Assembly (NCBI GenBank): GCA_011364965.1
Contig: RDOB01000004.1
Coordinates: forward strand, 424,769 to 488,768
Length of the DNA stretch: 64,000 bases
Direction of reading: 5' to 3'
DNA from: Candidatus Heimdallarchaeota archaeon
Lineage (GTDB): Archaea; Asgardarchaeota; Heimdallarchaeia; Hodarchaeales; Hodarchaeaceae
The notes below the pieces were generated by a model, which searched no databases, was not told the DNA's origin, and saw only the letters and a list, made by a program, of their open reading frames with translations. The first letter of the stretch is position 1, and every line of letters begins with the position of its first letter. This document shows positions 43,617 to 54,881 of this stretch, piece by piece. A program made the position numbers and the translations under genes.

Positions 43617-44620
43617 TGATCAGTAAGGATTATAGAACATTATATATTTATTTCCATATTTTTCTCATCTCTATTTTATATTTTAGATAGTAATTTAAAC
43701 TCCATGCAAAGTTTTAAGTGATTTAGTTGAATATCTCAATTGCAAATTTTTGCGTTATTATAGAATCTTCCGAATACTCACTAAATTAGTATATTAAGTT
43801 CATTTCGAAGAACTACACAGAATGTATATTTTATAAGGAATGAAATTCCATAAGACTTCTTGACTTGTTAGTAACGTTTCAGGTGGGATAGATTTGCTAA
43901 AAAATGAAGAAGGGAATCACCAAGGTTTCTATTTAATTCAATTCAAGAAAGCACTGTATTGGATGGTAATTGTCTTAAGCGGGTATCTCTTGTATTACCT
44001 GAGTTGGGCGTTCTGGATCGCAATTAATGCTATCATTAGCTCTGGATTTCAATTTGAAGCTATTATCATAAGTCTAGCTTGGATTCCAGCGTTGGCCTTG
44101 GGATGGGCTATAGTCTCAGCTGGGATGACCTACCTCTTTCCAACGACCTTTCGGTTAATTCCGACCCTAGCTTGGATGTTGGGATGGATTGGAGGTGTAG
44201 GGGTGTTATACAAAAAAAAAACCACACCTGATGCTAAGCTTACATTAGGAACACTGCTATTCTTTCTTGGTGCTATTGTAGTGCTTGTCTTTGGAAAAGA
44301 GATCTTTAGCTTCTATACTTCGACTCTGATGCTTTTACATCTGGATCCTCTTATTTATCTTGGGACAGTGGATAGGATAGGGTTTTACTGGCTTCTACCT
44401 CTCTGGCTTCTGAGCTGGAGTTTTTTCTGGTTGAAGCGGATTCCCCAAATCAGATTAGAGGATAAAATCCTCTATAACTCTACGCTACTTTGGGTGGTAT
44501 GGTTTATTATTCTCAACCTCTTTCTGTGGATGTATGCCCCGATTACTATCTAGAATTCAAAACAAAATAATTATTTGATGTTGTTGTATGACATTATTTT
44601 TTCAGCTTGTTTTTTACGTA
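43617..44620 (+). repeat. About 1-kb duplicated unit (gene plus about 270 bp upstream), copy 1; copy 2 at about 57994-59000
   Basis: Upstream DNA aligns (ctattttatattttaga; aatcttcc.aatactca.taaatt; gacttcttga.tt.ttagtaacgttt.aggtgggatagatttgct). Confidence 0.8.
43894..44553 (+). CDS. Hypothetical membrane protein, paralog of 58267-58935
   Basis: Near-identical N-terminus MLKNEE..QGFYLIQFKKALYW and YWLLPLWLLSWSFFWLK. Confidence 0.7.
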   Translation: MLKNEEGNHQGFYLIQFKKALYWMVIVLSGYLLYYLSWAFWIAINAIISSGFQFEAIIISLAWIPALALGWAIVSAGMTYLFPTTFRLIPTLAWMLGWIGGVGVLYKKKTTPDAKLTLGTLLFFLGAIVVLVFGKEIFSFYTSTLMLLHLDPLIYLGTVDRIGFYWLLPLWLLSWSFFWLKRIPQIRLEDKILYNSTLLWVVWFIILNLFLWMYAPITI

Positions 44621-45091
44621 AAAGGGAGTCATTCCTATCGTATTTCTTCTATTCTTAAGTAAAAAGCTTATACATATCTTTTCTGAAGGTCTCAAGATGG
44701 TTTTAATTAAATCTAAAACTAAGAGGGTTTAAAATGAATAAAGGATTCAATTTTATAAAAACCAATAGTTCATTTACGAAGAAAAAAAACTAATAGTTTA
44801 TCTAAAGCTAAAACCTTTAGATTAAGCCAGATACTGATCATATTTATGAATTTGATCAAGATTTAGATTCCTCTATATGAACTCTTGAATCTTAGATCAT
44901 ATAATGACAGTTACAGAGATTTATTCCTGCTAACTTTGTTATTTCTACAGATGCAGATTTAGTGACAAATCTCTTCTAAAGAAAATTTGTCCTGAAAGAA
45001 GTCCTTAAGAAGTTCTAAAACTCCTTTATGAAAATTCTTAAAGTTACCTTCATTATCAAAGAAAAAAGTCAGGGACTGCTAGGTAAACCAA

Positions 45092-46477
45092 TTGGATGGC
45101 CATAATGAGATGAATAAGAACGTAAATGAACTCAATTCGAATTCAAAGATTCACAGCTTTTTTGGACACTTTTTTTATTCCCTTGGTGCTATTCCATCAG
45201 CTCTTCCTTATAATGTAGTTGGTTCTTATCTTGCTTTCTTTTATGAAACGAAACAAGGATTGTCAATAGAGCTCTTCGGACTTTTAATGGTACTCTATGG
45301 CTTATGGAATGCGATAAATGACCCTCTAATAGGCTTTTTAATGGATCGGAAAAAAACCCGATATGGCCGCCGAGTTCCGTGGATTGTGACAGGGGGGATA
45401 CCTTTGGCAGTGGGATTTGCTCTTCTATGGTGGGTACCTTGGGATAATTCCATTTTTATCTTTCTACATGCTTTAATAATGTTATTTTTATTTGATCTAG
45501 GATTTACATTTGCAATTTCAGCTTGGGTTGCTCTATATACGGAAATGTATCAAAGTGAGCAGGAAAGAGCTTCGGTTGTGGCTTTAAAAGATACAATCGC
45601 GTTTTCATCATCGATGATTGGCGTAATTTTACCACCAATAATTGCAGCAAATCTAGGGTGGGAAGCAGTAGGGATAATATTTGGATTAATTACGTTAATT
45701 ACAATGTATCTGTCTCTCTTAGGGACAAAAGAACGTACTGAATATCAAATTGATGATCCATTACCACTTCTGACTTCAATCAAGTCTACCTTAAAGAATA
45801 AACCCTTTATCTGGATTTCATTGACCTATGCTATGATCGATTTTAGCTTTGGTATAACAATGCTCGTTTTTCCCCTCTATGCGCGATTTACCCTCCATTT
45901 AGAAGAAGAAATGATAAGTTTGGCCATGGTTGGGATTGTTATTGGGATTTTTGTAAGTATCCTGTTCTGGCAAAGAATGTATTCCAGAAGTGGACCAAAG
46001 GAGGGATTAATGCTCGCAATAGCTATTTTTGCAATTGGAATTCTTCCATTTTTCCTTGTTAGTGATATTACTCAGATGATTATTATTTCTTTAATACCTG
46101 GATTTGGAGTGGGAGGCATGTTAATGACAGAACCTGCTATTTCAGCAGCTATTGATTTTGATGAGATTTCTACAGGAAAAAGACAAGAAGGAGCATATTC
46201 AGGCATCTTAACGTTCATTGCGCGTTTGAGTATTGTGTTAACTAGCATTGTATTAGTTATAGTTCAACTTCTTACAGGATTTAAAACTGGAAGTGAAATT
46301 CAACCAGAAACTGCACAGGTCGGATTATCATTGTTAGTCTCAATAATTCCCAGTGTAGGGGCCTTCATTGGATTAATTTTCATTTTCTTATACCCCTTAA
46401 ACTTCAAACGTTTTAAAGAGCAGCAAATGAAATTAAAGGAACTACATGAAAAAAGAAAAGACACTTTAGGATTCTAA
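45092..46477 (+). CDS. GPH-family (MFS) glycoside-cation symporter
   Basis: WNAINDPLIG, TRYGRRVPW, DFDEISTGKRQEGAY. Confidence 0.9.
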   Translation: MDGHNEMNKNVNELNSNSKIHSFFGHFFYSLGAIPSALPYNVVGSYLAFFYETKQGLSIELFGLLMVLYGLWNAINDPLIGFLMDRKKTRYGRRVPWIVTGGIPLAVGFALLWWVPWDNSIFIFLHALIMLFLFDLGFTFAISAWVALYTEMYQSEQERASVVALKDTIAFSSSMIGVILPPIIAANLGWEAVGIIFGLITLITMYLSLLGTKERTEYQIDDPLPLLTSIKSTLKNKPFIWISLTYAMIDFSFGITMLVFPLYARFTLHLEEEMISLAMVGIVIGIFVSILFWQRMYSRSGPKEGLMLAIAIFAIGILPFFLVSDITQMIIISLIPGFGVGGMLMTEPAISAAIDFDEISTGKRQEGAYSGILTFIARLSIVLTSIVLVIVQLLTGFKTGSEIQPETAQVGLSLLVSIIPSVGAFIGLIFIFLYPLNFKRFKEQQMKLKELHEKRKDTLGF

Positions 46478-46508
46478 TTCTTAATCTCCAAGATATCTAG
46501 GTGAAAAA

Positions 46509-49325
46509 ATGAATCTAAAACCTGCAAAAAACGTATTTATCGTTCCTCATACTCATTGGGATCGTGAGTGGTATCTTCCATTCCAACAATTTCGGTACAA
46601 ATTAGTACAATTAGTGGATATTCTATTAACGATCTTGGATAGCGAAGAATCCTTTAGATTTACCTTTGATGGTCAAACTAGCATCCTAGAAGATTACTTG
46701 GAAATCCGACCTGAAAATGAATCCCGATTATTAGGATATATTAGAGAGAAAAAAATCGCTGTAGGACCATGGTATGTCCTTCCTGATGTTTGGTTAGCGA
46801 ATCAAGAAAGTTTAATCCGTAACTTGGAGTACAGTCAGGATTTAGCTAATAGATATGGTATAAAACAAATGAAAATTGGCTATTTACCTGATACTTTTGG
46901 CTTTACTAGAGGAATTCCTCAAATAATTGGAGATTTAACCGATTTCAGAGCAATAGTTGTATGGCGAGGGGTTCCACCAGAAATAAAGACTGTTCCCTTT
47001 TTATGGCGGAGTAGTCCAGCTTCCGAGAAACCTGTATTCACAAATTATCTCCCATTTGGATATGGTAATGCTGCATTACTTCCAGAGAGTACAGAAGAAT
47101 TAGAAACGGAATTAAAATCTTTGGTAAGTCAATTAGAACCTTTCTCACCAATACCAATCTATCTCTTACTACATGGGACGGATCATCAAGTTCCCTCACT
47201 TAAGCTAAGTAAGACACTCCCTCAAATAAAAGTACCAAACATGGCCTTTCAAATATCACTGCTTGAAGATTATATAGAATCGCTTCTTAAGTTGATTAAA
47301 GAAGTAGACTTCCCTCCCCCAGAATATAGTGGGGAATTACGATCTGCAGCTCGGGCGCATATTTTAGTAGATACCTATTCAGCGAGAATGTGGATTAAAT
47401 TATGGAATCAGAAGGTTGAAGACCTTTTAACTCATTATGCCGAACCTTTATGTTGCTATAGTTGGCTTTACTTCCATAAAGAGTACCCTTCCTCATTTTT
47501 AACAGAGGCATGGAAACACCATTTGCAAAATCAAGCACATGATTCAATTTGTGGGTGTTCTATTGATCAGACTCATGAAGAAATGAAAGCTCGCTATTCT
47601 TGGACTCAAACCATTGCAGAAACCATAATAGAAGATGAGCTACAATCCCTGGAGGCACAAGCACAGACAACAGATCACGACTCGATTATTGTATATAATC
47701 CTACAAATTGCTCTGATCTTCCACTCCTTGTAGAATTTACTATTTCTGGGGAAAATAAATATCATAGTGTTATCTCTTCAAAAGGAGAGGTCTATAAGTT
47801 ACAACCTTTTCAAGATTCAAGGGAAAAACTTTGGGAAATGACTGTTGGATCGTTAAAATTACGGGCATTGATGCGACTGCTTCCTGGAAGAAAAATAATG
47901 ACCTTTTATATCAATGAGGTCTCCATTTTCGATAATAGCACCAATCCGAAGATATGTGAAGCTCAGTTGATTGTTGGAGACAAACCACTTGGAGAGTTTG
48001 ATCTAGATCAAATGAAGAAGAGCATCAATTCCCGAATCCAAAGTGGCAAATACACGCATTTTCACATGATCGTTACAAAAGAGATGAAGATGAATTATAT
48101 TGCTCTTATCCCGCTCCAAGCCTGGAGCTTTTCGCAATTAAAACTTATGGAAGAGGGTAATATTCCTGACAATAGACCCAGAACACAAATTTCTAAGGAT
48201 TGGGTCATACATCCCTCCTATGAAGTAAGGTTTCAGAAGGATGGATCATTTAATTTATTTGAAAAAGAATTAAACCTTCAATTCAGAAACTTACACTTCT
48301 TTGAGGATTGGGGCGATCGGGGAGATGAATATACCTTTGGGAGAATCGGCCCCGAATCTGTCAAAATATTCGATATTAAAAGGGAAGTGACACTCAAAGG
48401 ACCACTTGTGTATGAGATTCAACAATCTATGACTCTCAAGCTCTTTCAAGAGGTTGATGATGCACGGGAAAAACGAATCGGATCAGTTAAAATTCCGGTG
48501 ACGACTAAATTTAAATTTTATAGTAATATCAATCGAATAGATATCCAAACAACATTGATCAATACAGCCAAAGATCATCGCCTTAGAATTTGCTTTCTTT
48601 TGCCTTTTAAGACCCAGTACACACATACTTCAACTCATTTTGGAATTATTAAACGTTTTGCAGGCCCGATTGGAGATGATAGTTATTTAGAAAGGCCCTC
48701 AGGGATTCAATCCCAAAAACGATTTATTAGGGTTAATGATCCGTCAAGTGAAGCTGCGTTCACTTTAATGAATTGGGGCATTCCAGAAGTAGAATTACGG
48801 GATGAATCGGTGTTAGCGATGACATTAATTCGCTCCATCGGTTGGTTGGCCCAATCAAACTTTCCTGAAAGACCTGAATTAGCTGGACCCGCTATAGCTA
48901 CCCCGAATGCCCAAGAATTAAATAGAGAATATAGATTTTTATATAGTATTCGAACTCATACCAAAAAAGAACCACTTTTCAAAACTGCAGACCATTCTGA
49001 AGCTTTTTCATTATTACCTAAAGCACTATATTTAGCAAAGAAAATTTTACCTGCTAAATTAGTTGAACCGATGTTTAAAATCTCTGATGCTAGAATAAGG
49101 GTCTCTTCGATGCGAATACGGAACAAGAATATCCTTTTAACGTTATTTAATCTTGATGAAGCTGAAGTTACGGTTACAATCGAATATGAAAAGAAGATTA
49201 CACGCCTAAGTCAAATCCTTATAGATAGCTCATTAAAAGGAGCCCCCCGTAATGGAGAGCTGATATCGAACTTAACGTTTCACCCTCATGAGATTAAACT
49301 ACTCTCACTTGGATTGAAAGAATAA
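46509..49325 (+). CDS. GH38 alpha-mannosidase/mannosylglycerate-hydrolase-like enzyme
   Basis: HTHWDREWY, FDGQ, PDTFG nucleophile, HDSICGCSID, DHRLR. Confidence 0.92.
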   Translation: MNLKPAKNVFIVPHTHWDREWYLPFQQFRYKLVQLVDILLTILDSEESFRFTFDGQTSILEDYLEIRPENESRLLGYIREKKIAVGPWYVLPDVWLANQESLIRNLEYSQDLANRYGIKQMKIGYLPDTFGFTRGIPQIIGDLTDFRAIVVWRGVPPEIKTVPFLWRSSPASEKPVFTNYLPFGYGNAALLPESTEELETELKSLVSQLEPFSPIPIYLLLHGTDHQVPSLKLSKTLPQIKVPNMAFQISLLEDYIESLLKLIKEVDFPPPEYSGELRSAARAHILVDTYSARMWIKLWNQKVEDLLTHYAEPLCCYSWLYFHKEYPSSFLTEAWKHHLQNQAHDSICGCSIDQTHEEMKARYSWTQTIAETIIEDELQSLEAQAQTTDHDSIIVYNPTNCSDLPLLVEFTISGENKYHSVISSKGEVYKLQPFQDSREKLWEMTVGSLKLRALMRLLPGRKIMTFYINEVSIFDNSTNPKICEAQLIVGDKPLGEFDLDQMKKSINSRIQSGKYTHFHMIVTKEMKMNYIALIPLQAWSFSQLKLMEEGNIPDNRPRTQISKDWVIHPSYEVRFQKDGSFNLFEKELNLQFRNLHFFEDWGDRGDEYTFGRIGPESVKIFDIKREVTLKGPLVYEIQQSMTLKLFQEVDDAREKRIGSVKIPVTTKFKFYSNINRIDIQTTLINTAKDHRLRICFLLPFKTQYTHTSTHFGIIKRFAGPIGDDSYLERPSGIQSQKRFIRVNDPSSEAAFTLMNWGIPEVELRDESVLAMTLIRSIGWLAQSNFPERPELAGPAIATPNAQELNREYRFLYSIRTHTKKEPLFKTADHSEAFSLLPKALYLAKKILPAKLVEPMFKISDARIRVSSMRIRNKNILLTLFNLDEAEVTVTIEYEKKITRLSQILIDSSLKGAPRNGELISNLTFHPHEIKLLSLGLKE

Positions 49326-49687
49326 TTGGTTCCAACTATAACATGGATTCTCCCAATCACTTCGCACAGAAGGAGAGCTACAGGTGGTGGCAAGCACCGA
49401 TTTTGGAGGAAAACCTAAGAAAGGATGACACGTTTATTATCAAAGGCATACATTCCCTGAACAAACCCCATCTATCCAGGTCTGGGGATTTTTTTCTTTT
49501 TATCCAATAAATAAAGGTGAAATTTGTGTACTTATTAGCTTTTTATATCTAAATCCAAATTAAAAAATAATTTCACTTAATAAAGAAAATTAAACCAATA
49601 ATTACCTGAAGTAACAAAAAATGAAATGTGCCAATTCGTGGTTAATAACTAAATAGGATAGATACTCTCAACGTACGGAGGAGATTA

Positions 49688-50554
49688 TTATACATTTAAC
49701 GCCATATAATATGTATAGAATGCTTGTTTGAGGTCATCGAGATATTTATCTAGCCATTTTTTCCAGCTTTGCGCCTTTTTTCCTTCTTCATCACATCTAA
49801 CATAAGCAAGTTGAACTAACTTAAGATCATTCAGACAGATGTCTTCCATACTTTCATTATTTCTTACAACTTCAAGAGTAGCTACTTTTACAGAATTTAT
49901 AAATACCAATTGTTGTTGAATAAACTCCTTGGGATTTTTTATTATCGGTCCATGACCTGGCACAATCACATCGATATCCATGTTCAAAATGTTCTCAAAA
50001 GCAACAATATACTCTTCAGGATTTCCCGTCTTTTTTGACATATTATCAAATGATTTATTCTGATAAAATGTAAGAAATGGAATGCTGAAATTAAAGCGAT
50101 GAAAGATTAGGTCTCCTGAAAATAAGGTTCTGTCATCGGGGAAATATGCTCCACTTGATCCGATCGTATGACCACCAAACCAATGAAATTCAACTGTACT
50201 AAGACCGTCTTCAATAGTGGTTGATTTTTGAAATGAATTAATTATAAAATCAGTTGAACTTAGTTTTTTTGGCATATTTTGGATACAATTTTTACTTGCT
50301 ACAAGTGGGACATCTTTAAAGGCTTGTAATCCATTTCTATGATCACTATGAGTATGAGTCAGAAATAGATATTTCACTGGAAGATTAAATGTCTCTTCTA
50401 ACTGCTTTCTAAACTGCCTGCTCAAGTCTAATGAACTAGTCGCATCTATTGCTATCACAAAAGTTTGTAATGCTATTCCCCCAAAATTACCAGATCGCTT
50501 TATACCCGAGGTACAAGCTATTGTACGAGAAGTAACAGCTTCTAATTCTATCAT
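49688..50554 (-). CDS. MBL-fold metallo-hydrolase (cyclase-like)
   Basis: THTHSDH, GGHT, SGDL, VPGHG. Confidence 0.88.
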   Translation of the reverse strand: MIELEAVTSRTIACTSGIKRSGNFGGIALQTFVIAIDATSSLDLSRQFRKQLEETFNLPVKYLFLTHTHSDHRNGLQAFKDVPLVASKNCIQNMPKKLSSTDFIINSFQKSTTIEDGLSTVEFHWFGGHTIGSSGAYFPDDRTLFSGDLIFHRFNFSIPFLTFYQNKSFDNMSKKTGNPEEYIVAFENILNMDIDVIVPGHGPIIKNPKEFIQQQLVFINSVKVATLEVVRNNESMEDICLNDLKLVQLAYVRCDEEGKKAQSWKKWLDKYLDDLKQAFYTYYMALNV

Positions 50555-51335
50555 ATGAACACCTGATTATTTTATGTAATATAAAATGAATTTGAAGGAT
50601 TATTCTATTATAAACTCCTGTACGGGATAATTCTATATTTTTGATAGCGATATTACGATATTATAATACTTTAAACAAAGTACCTGTAAATTAAGCAAAT
50701 ATAATTAAAGGTATTAGTAGTACAGTATCACTGATTCTTACAATATAGTCAATCTAATATTATTATTTAAAAGGATTTCCAAAGAGGTCATTGTTTAGAA
50801 TTTTAGAGTATTTACATTAGCAAAGATGTTTTTACAAACACGAGAAGAAAAATCAGTTAAATCGAGAAATTTTTTTCAGAATAATTATTTCTTAATTACT
50901 ATTCAGTTAAAAATAACGCATTTTATAGAGCTTTTGTAATTATCACAAAAAAATTTTAAGTAAAAAAACGTGGTAGACAAGACTTGGATCAAATTAATTT
51001 ACATGGATACAGAAACTGATATTTTCTTCAAAGGTTATACTTGAATGGAAGAATAGGAAGGCATATGACCGACTCAGAGGAAGATGAACGAGGATAACTT
51101 ATACGCACCCAAATTTCACCTAGCTTTTACGAAATCTCTGAAAATAAGGAGAGAAAAGAAATATTACAGTCAATTAATGTCCTATCTAAGCTACTTTCAT
51201 AGTCCCGAATGATATTCTGAGAAAGCTCATCCAAATCGAAGTTCCACACCTTACCTCATCTGTGGATTTCGCTGCTTGAGGTTCGTTAGCTAGTCAGAAA
51301 AATCGAACTCGCTGTTTGTAGAATTTCTTTTGAAG

Positions 51336-52277
51336 TTATTTGTTTAGTTGTAACAAAGAGTAGCTTATAGCTGGGTGACTTTGAATATTCGGATGAAGAA
51401 GTCCAGTTTCATTTAGTAATCTTGGATCAAAGGTTTTGTTATTATAAAAGCGCTTTAAACACTCTATTTCAGATTCAGTTATTTTTAATTGGATGGATCT
51501 TATGAATTCAATTGCTAAATTTTTCCAAGTATCAAACATTTTATCGTTCTGTTGATTCTTTCGGGGAAGTACTTGGCGTAAATGTTCATCAAGTCTGATA
51601 TTCGATAAATGAGAGTCAGGATCTACTTTTGGTAAGTAGAAACGACTATCTGTAAGGTTTTTCAGTATCAAACACTTCCTAAAGACGTGTTGGTTAAATT
51701 TGGCTGTGCTAATTGCTGCTACATCAAACAAATCTCTAGCAGATTTTCGACCTAAGAGGGTTCCACACTTTGAACTAAAAAGTTCCTCTCTTTGTGGTAA
51801 TTGAATTTCTGACTCGTCTCCAGTCTTAGGATGGCGAAAAACACAGTTTATATCTTCAGTTAAGAATGGAATTCTATTCATATATCCTATTTCGACTTTG
51901 AAACTAGAACTTCGGACGGATCCGTATTTCACATCAAAACGAGTGAGAGGATAACTGGCATTTATCTTAATATCAGTTTTATTATATCCTAATCGCACCA
52001 GGACTTCTTTGACAATAGAATCGATTTGATCTCGTTCTATTCCCCAATCATTTGTACTATCCATTATTCTGAAATCAAAATCAAGATCTACTGATAAGCG
52101 TCTATATTGGCCTAATTCGATTAAATTAAGAGCTGTACCCCCTACAAGACGAAGGTATTTCTGAATATAAGGAATATCATACAATCGGTCAAGTACATCG
52201 GAAATTCGATAGACTTTTTCAACAGTTCCAAAATTATACTCCTTTTCGATCGTTACTGACGATAATCCATTTGTCAA
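51336..52277 (-). CDS. abiEii: AbiEii-family nucleotidyltransferase toxin (type IV TA)
   Basis: VEKV, LVGGTALN, RLSVDLDF, KVEI, K...RKSARDLFD. Confidence 0.9.
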   Translation of the reverse strand: MTNGLSSVTIEKEYNFGTVEKVYRISDVLDRLYDIPYIQKYLRLVGGTALNLIELGQYRRLSVDLDFDFRIMDSTNDWGIERDQIDSIVKEVLVRLGYNKTDIKINASYPLTRFDVKYGSVRSSSFKVEIGYMNRIPFLTEDINCVFRHPKTGDESEIQLPQREELFSSKCGTLLGRKSARDLFDVAAISTAKFNQHVFRKCLILKNLTDSRFYLPKVDPDSHLSNIRLDEHLRQVLPRKNQQNDKMFDTWKNLAIEFIRSIQLKITESEIECLKRFYNNKTFDPRLLNETGLLHPNIQSHPAISYSLLQLNK

Positions 52278-52356
52278 GAATGCATCCTTTCCTAATTCAT
52301 AATCTATTCAATTACTATCCAGTTATCGAGTTTGTAAAATCATTAAATATTTCTTT

Positions 52357-53196
52357 TTAGACTCCTCGTAAGTTATTTTCAATAAAATCTTTAGATACAA
52401 GTAGCTTCCAGCGTGAAATAGAAGTAGTCTTTTCTTGTTGAAAAGATCTATCAATGTAAAGCCAACTATTCGATAACCGTTCTTCTAGTGCTCTGAAAAC
52501 CTTGTCAGGAAGATGCTCATAATAAACTGATTTGTACGTTGGATGATTCCGAAGGATTTCTAATACAAATCCTACTTTTCTAATCAGAATCTGTTTTGGT
52601 TCTAACAACCACAAAACTTCTAGTAATTTGTCAAAATCTAATCCACTTAAGTTTTCTAGGCTTTTCAGGGCTTCCTCCCACCCTCCTGCATACCTCACCC
52701 GATCAAGACTGTCGATAAAAGTTCGTTCTTTGGATGTCACTTTCACTTGACTTTTTTCTGTTGCTTTCCTAAATACAATTCCTACACTTGGATGTTTTAA
52801 AGCTACTGACCGAAAAACAGCATTTCCTACCGTGAATGGCCTAAAAAAAGATTCACTACCCAAATATACATCATTAAATTCGTTATATGCTACACCATAA
52901 TATTCTAAAGCTGTATGATAACAGATTACCTCTTTTCCATTATGAAATTTACTTGCTACTAAAAATTTGTTTAAATTCTGATCTAGATTGTCTTGAAATG
53001 GCAATAATGCATGATAAAGTCCTCTGTAAATTCTTAATAGTTTTTTCTGTTCAACTAATGGCCCCACGTGAGCCTGATGAATGACTTTCCTAGATAAGGA
53101 CGGGTTATTCAGTCGATAAAATTCTACAATCTCATTAAAAGTGATTACTTGTTCTTTTAGGGCTTTTTCATACAATAAACTACGTTCTGATTTCAT
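52357..53196 (-). CDS. abiEi: AbiEi-family antitoxin (likely start MKSERS)
   Basis: RIYRGLY, ICYHTALEYYG, VTSKERTFIDSL, RKVGFVLE. Confidence 0.85.
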   Translation of the reverse strand: MKSERSLLYEKALKEQVITFNEIVEFYRLNNPSLSRKVIHQAHVGPLVEQKKLLRIYRGLYHALLPFQDNLDQNLNKFLVASKFHNGKEVICYHTALEYYGVAYNEFNDVYLGSESFFRPFTVGNAVFRSVALKHPSVGIVFRKATEKSQVKVTSKERTFIDSLDRVRYAGGWEEALKSLENLSGLDFDKLLEVLWLLEPKQILIRKVGFVLEILRNHPTYKSVYYEHLPDKVFRALEERLSNSWLYIDRSFQQEKTTSISRWKLLVSKDFIENNLRGV

Positions 53197-53222
53197 TTGC
53201 AATATCATCCTAATAGGATTTC

Positions 53223-53358
53223 TTGCATTGTTCTTATACTTATCCACCCTTATAAGTAGGATAACTCGAGTAGAATGCAAAAATTCCTAGTTCAAGTAAT
53301 TTGATTTTTTCTCATATTTATCCACCGTTTTAGGTATGATTATTCAAGTAAAATGCAA
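53223..53358. promoter_or_regulatory. Candidate AbiEi operator repeats
   Basis: Two 44-bp imperfect direct repeats (53237-53280, 53315-53358; ttatccacc...gta.aatgcaa) and an inverted pair TTGCATT..TTATCC / GGATAA..AATGCAA. Confidence 0.6.
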
Positions 53359-53527
53359 CTGAGTAGTCTACGGCGCACGAGTATATAATATTTTGCTTGA
53401 TGGATATTTACATTCGAAATTCATTATTTTAATTCATTAAATAAAAAATAACAGTAGGTAAAAATATTTATTTTTATAAAAATCCATTTGGAGGAGCTTT
53501 ACAGAGTATAGCTTTATAATTATTAAA

Positions 53528-53719
53528 CTATCTAAGGAAAAAATTGGTTATCAAGGGATTTTTCTTACTAATTCCTATATACCGAATAACTTCGTCCTTC
53601 TTTTGTCTTTCTTTTTATTTTTCGATGAAAACTTGTATCGAAGCAGATTCTTCCTGAGAAATGCCTTCGCAAACACACAATTCACTTGATAATCCGCAAG
53701 TACGACATTTTTCACCCAT
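53528..53719 (-). pseudogene. sui1: Relic of archaeal translation initiation factor SUI1/aIF1 (N-terminal part)
   Basis: MGEKCRTCGLSSELCVCEGISQEESASIQVFIEK*KERQKKDEVIRYIGI matches the archaeal SUI1 N-terminus (CxxCGL..ELCVCE.I); internal stop. Confidence 0.7.
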
Positions 53720-53869
53720 TTTGGAATTTTAACCTCTCAAGTTTGTGTCTCATTAAGATGTGAATTGATAGATCTGAACTTTTTCTAGTGTTGGATTTAA
53801 TACAATTATTTTTGCATATTAACATCGTAGAAAGCAGGTTTAGAAATAAAAATATTAAATATTGACAGA

Positions 53870-54559
53870 TTAATAAATAAAAGGAATTATTCGCTTTGTC
53901 CGCTTCATATAATTACGATATTCATCCCCAAAAGTATCAATCAATAATTTTTCTTCTAACTGTATTCTTTGATTTAACCATAACACGAGAACTAACAAAA
54001 TAATCATCGAACAAATCATACTAGAAAAGGAAAGTGCATACCCAAGGAAAAGAAATGCTGATCCAGTATAAATAGGATGTCGAATAATGTGATATGGTCC
54101 TTTGGTAACTAATTTATGGTCTTTTTCAATCCCTATTACAATTGAGCTCTCTCTTCCAAGAATAATCCGACTTGTACACATTGTACTCCCCCCAATTATA
54201 ATCATTAGGATACCAAGCGCCCAGAATGCTCGAATTAACTCTGGAGAGAGTATCTTCAGTTGAATTAAGGAATATTCAAGATAAGGAACTGAAGCGATAA
54301 AGGGAATCATAAAAAGAAGAAGGAACATTGAGAGAGCTTTATAGAGCTCTATTTTTGCTTTTTTCTCTTTTTGGCCGTAAACAAGGAATGGTTGAGCAGC
54401 TTTGTCAACAGCAAGAAAGATATTAAATAATATTAGAGGAATCGAGAAATTTGATGTATAAACTTCAGGAAAGAACAAAATAAATACTACATTGATGAAA
54501 GCAAGAACTGCAACCACGGTAAATATTTTTAGTAAAACGAAGGTTACCTTATTTGGCAT
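53870..54559 (-). CDS. ICMT-family membrane methyltransferase
   Basis: HKLVTKGPYHIIRHPIY, RIQLEEKLL..FGDEYRNYMKRTKRIIPFIY. Confidence 0.9.
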   Translation of the reverse strand: MPNKVTFVLLKIFTVVAVLAFINVVFILFFPEVYTSNFSIPLILFNIFLAVDKAAQPFLVYGQKEKKAKIELYKALSMFLLLFMIPFIASVPYLEYSLIQLKILSPELIRAFWALGILMIIIGGSTMCTSRIILGRESSIVIGIEKDHKLVTKGPYHIIRHPIYTGSAFLFLGYALSFSSMICSMIILLVLVLWLNQRIQLEEKLLIDTFGDEYRNYMKRTKRIIPFIY

Positions 54560-54881
54560 AATTTTTCGTCATCTCAATGATAATAATATTAATAATAAGA
54601 AGAAGTCTTATTTTCATTTTTAATAAGGCTTTTTATTGCATATACTATTCTTAATTAGTTCACAAAAGAAAACTTCAAATGATTCTAAGAGGATTGAATA
54701 ATTCAAAAAAGAAAACTTCTAAGCAAAAGTAAACTCTTACTTGTAACAATAAATTGGAGTATTATAATGCTATATCACATATATTAGGATTTACTTAGTT
54801 AAAATTTCTAATTGCTTTTTTTTTAAGGATTCTTGATATAATAGAAAAATTGAATAGAACAAATAATCATTAGTAAACCAA

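Noticed and set aside
44890-51030. Possible extra repeat copies near 44890 and 50990 (also near 10490 and 24250)
   Set aside because: Similarity is too weak to distinguish from chance in AT-rich DNA without a profile search.
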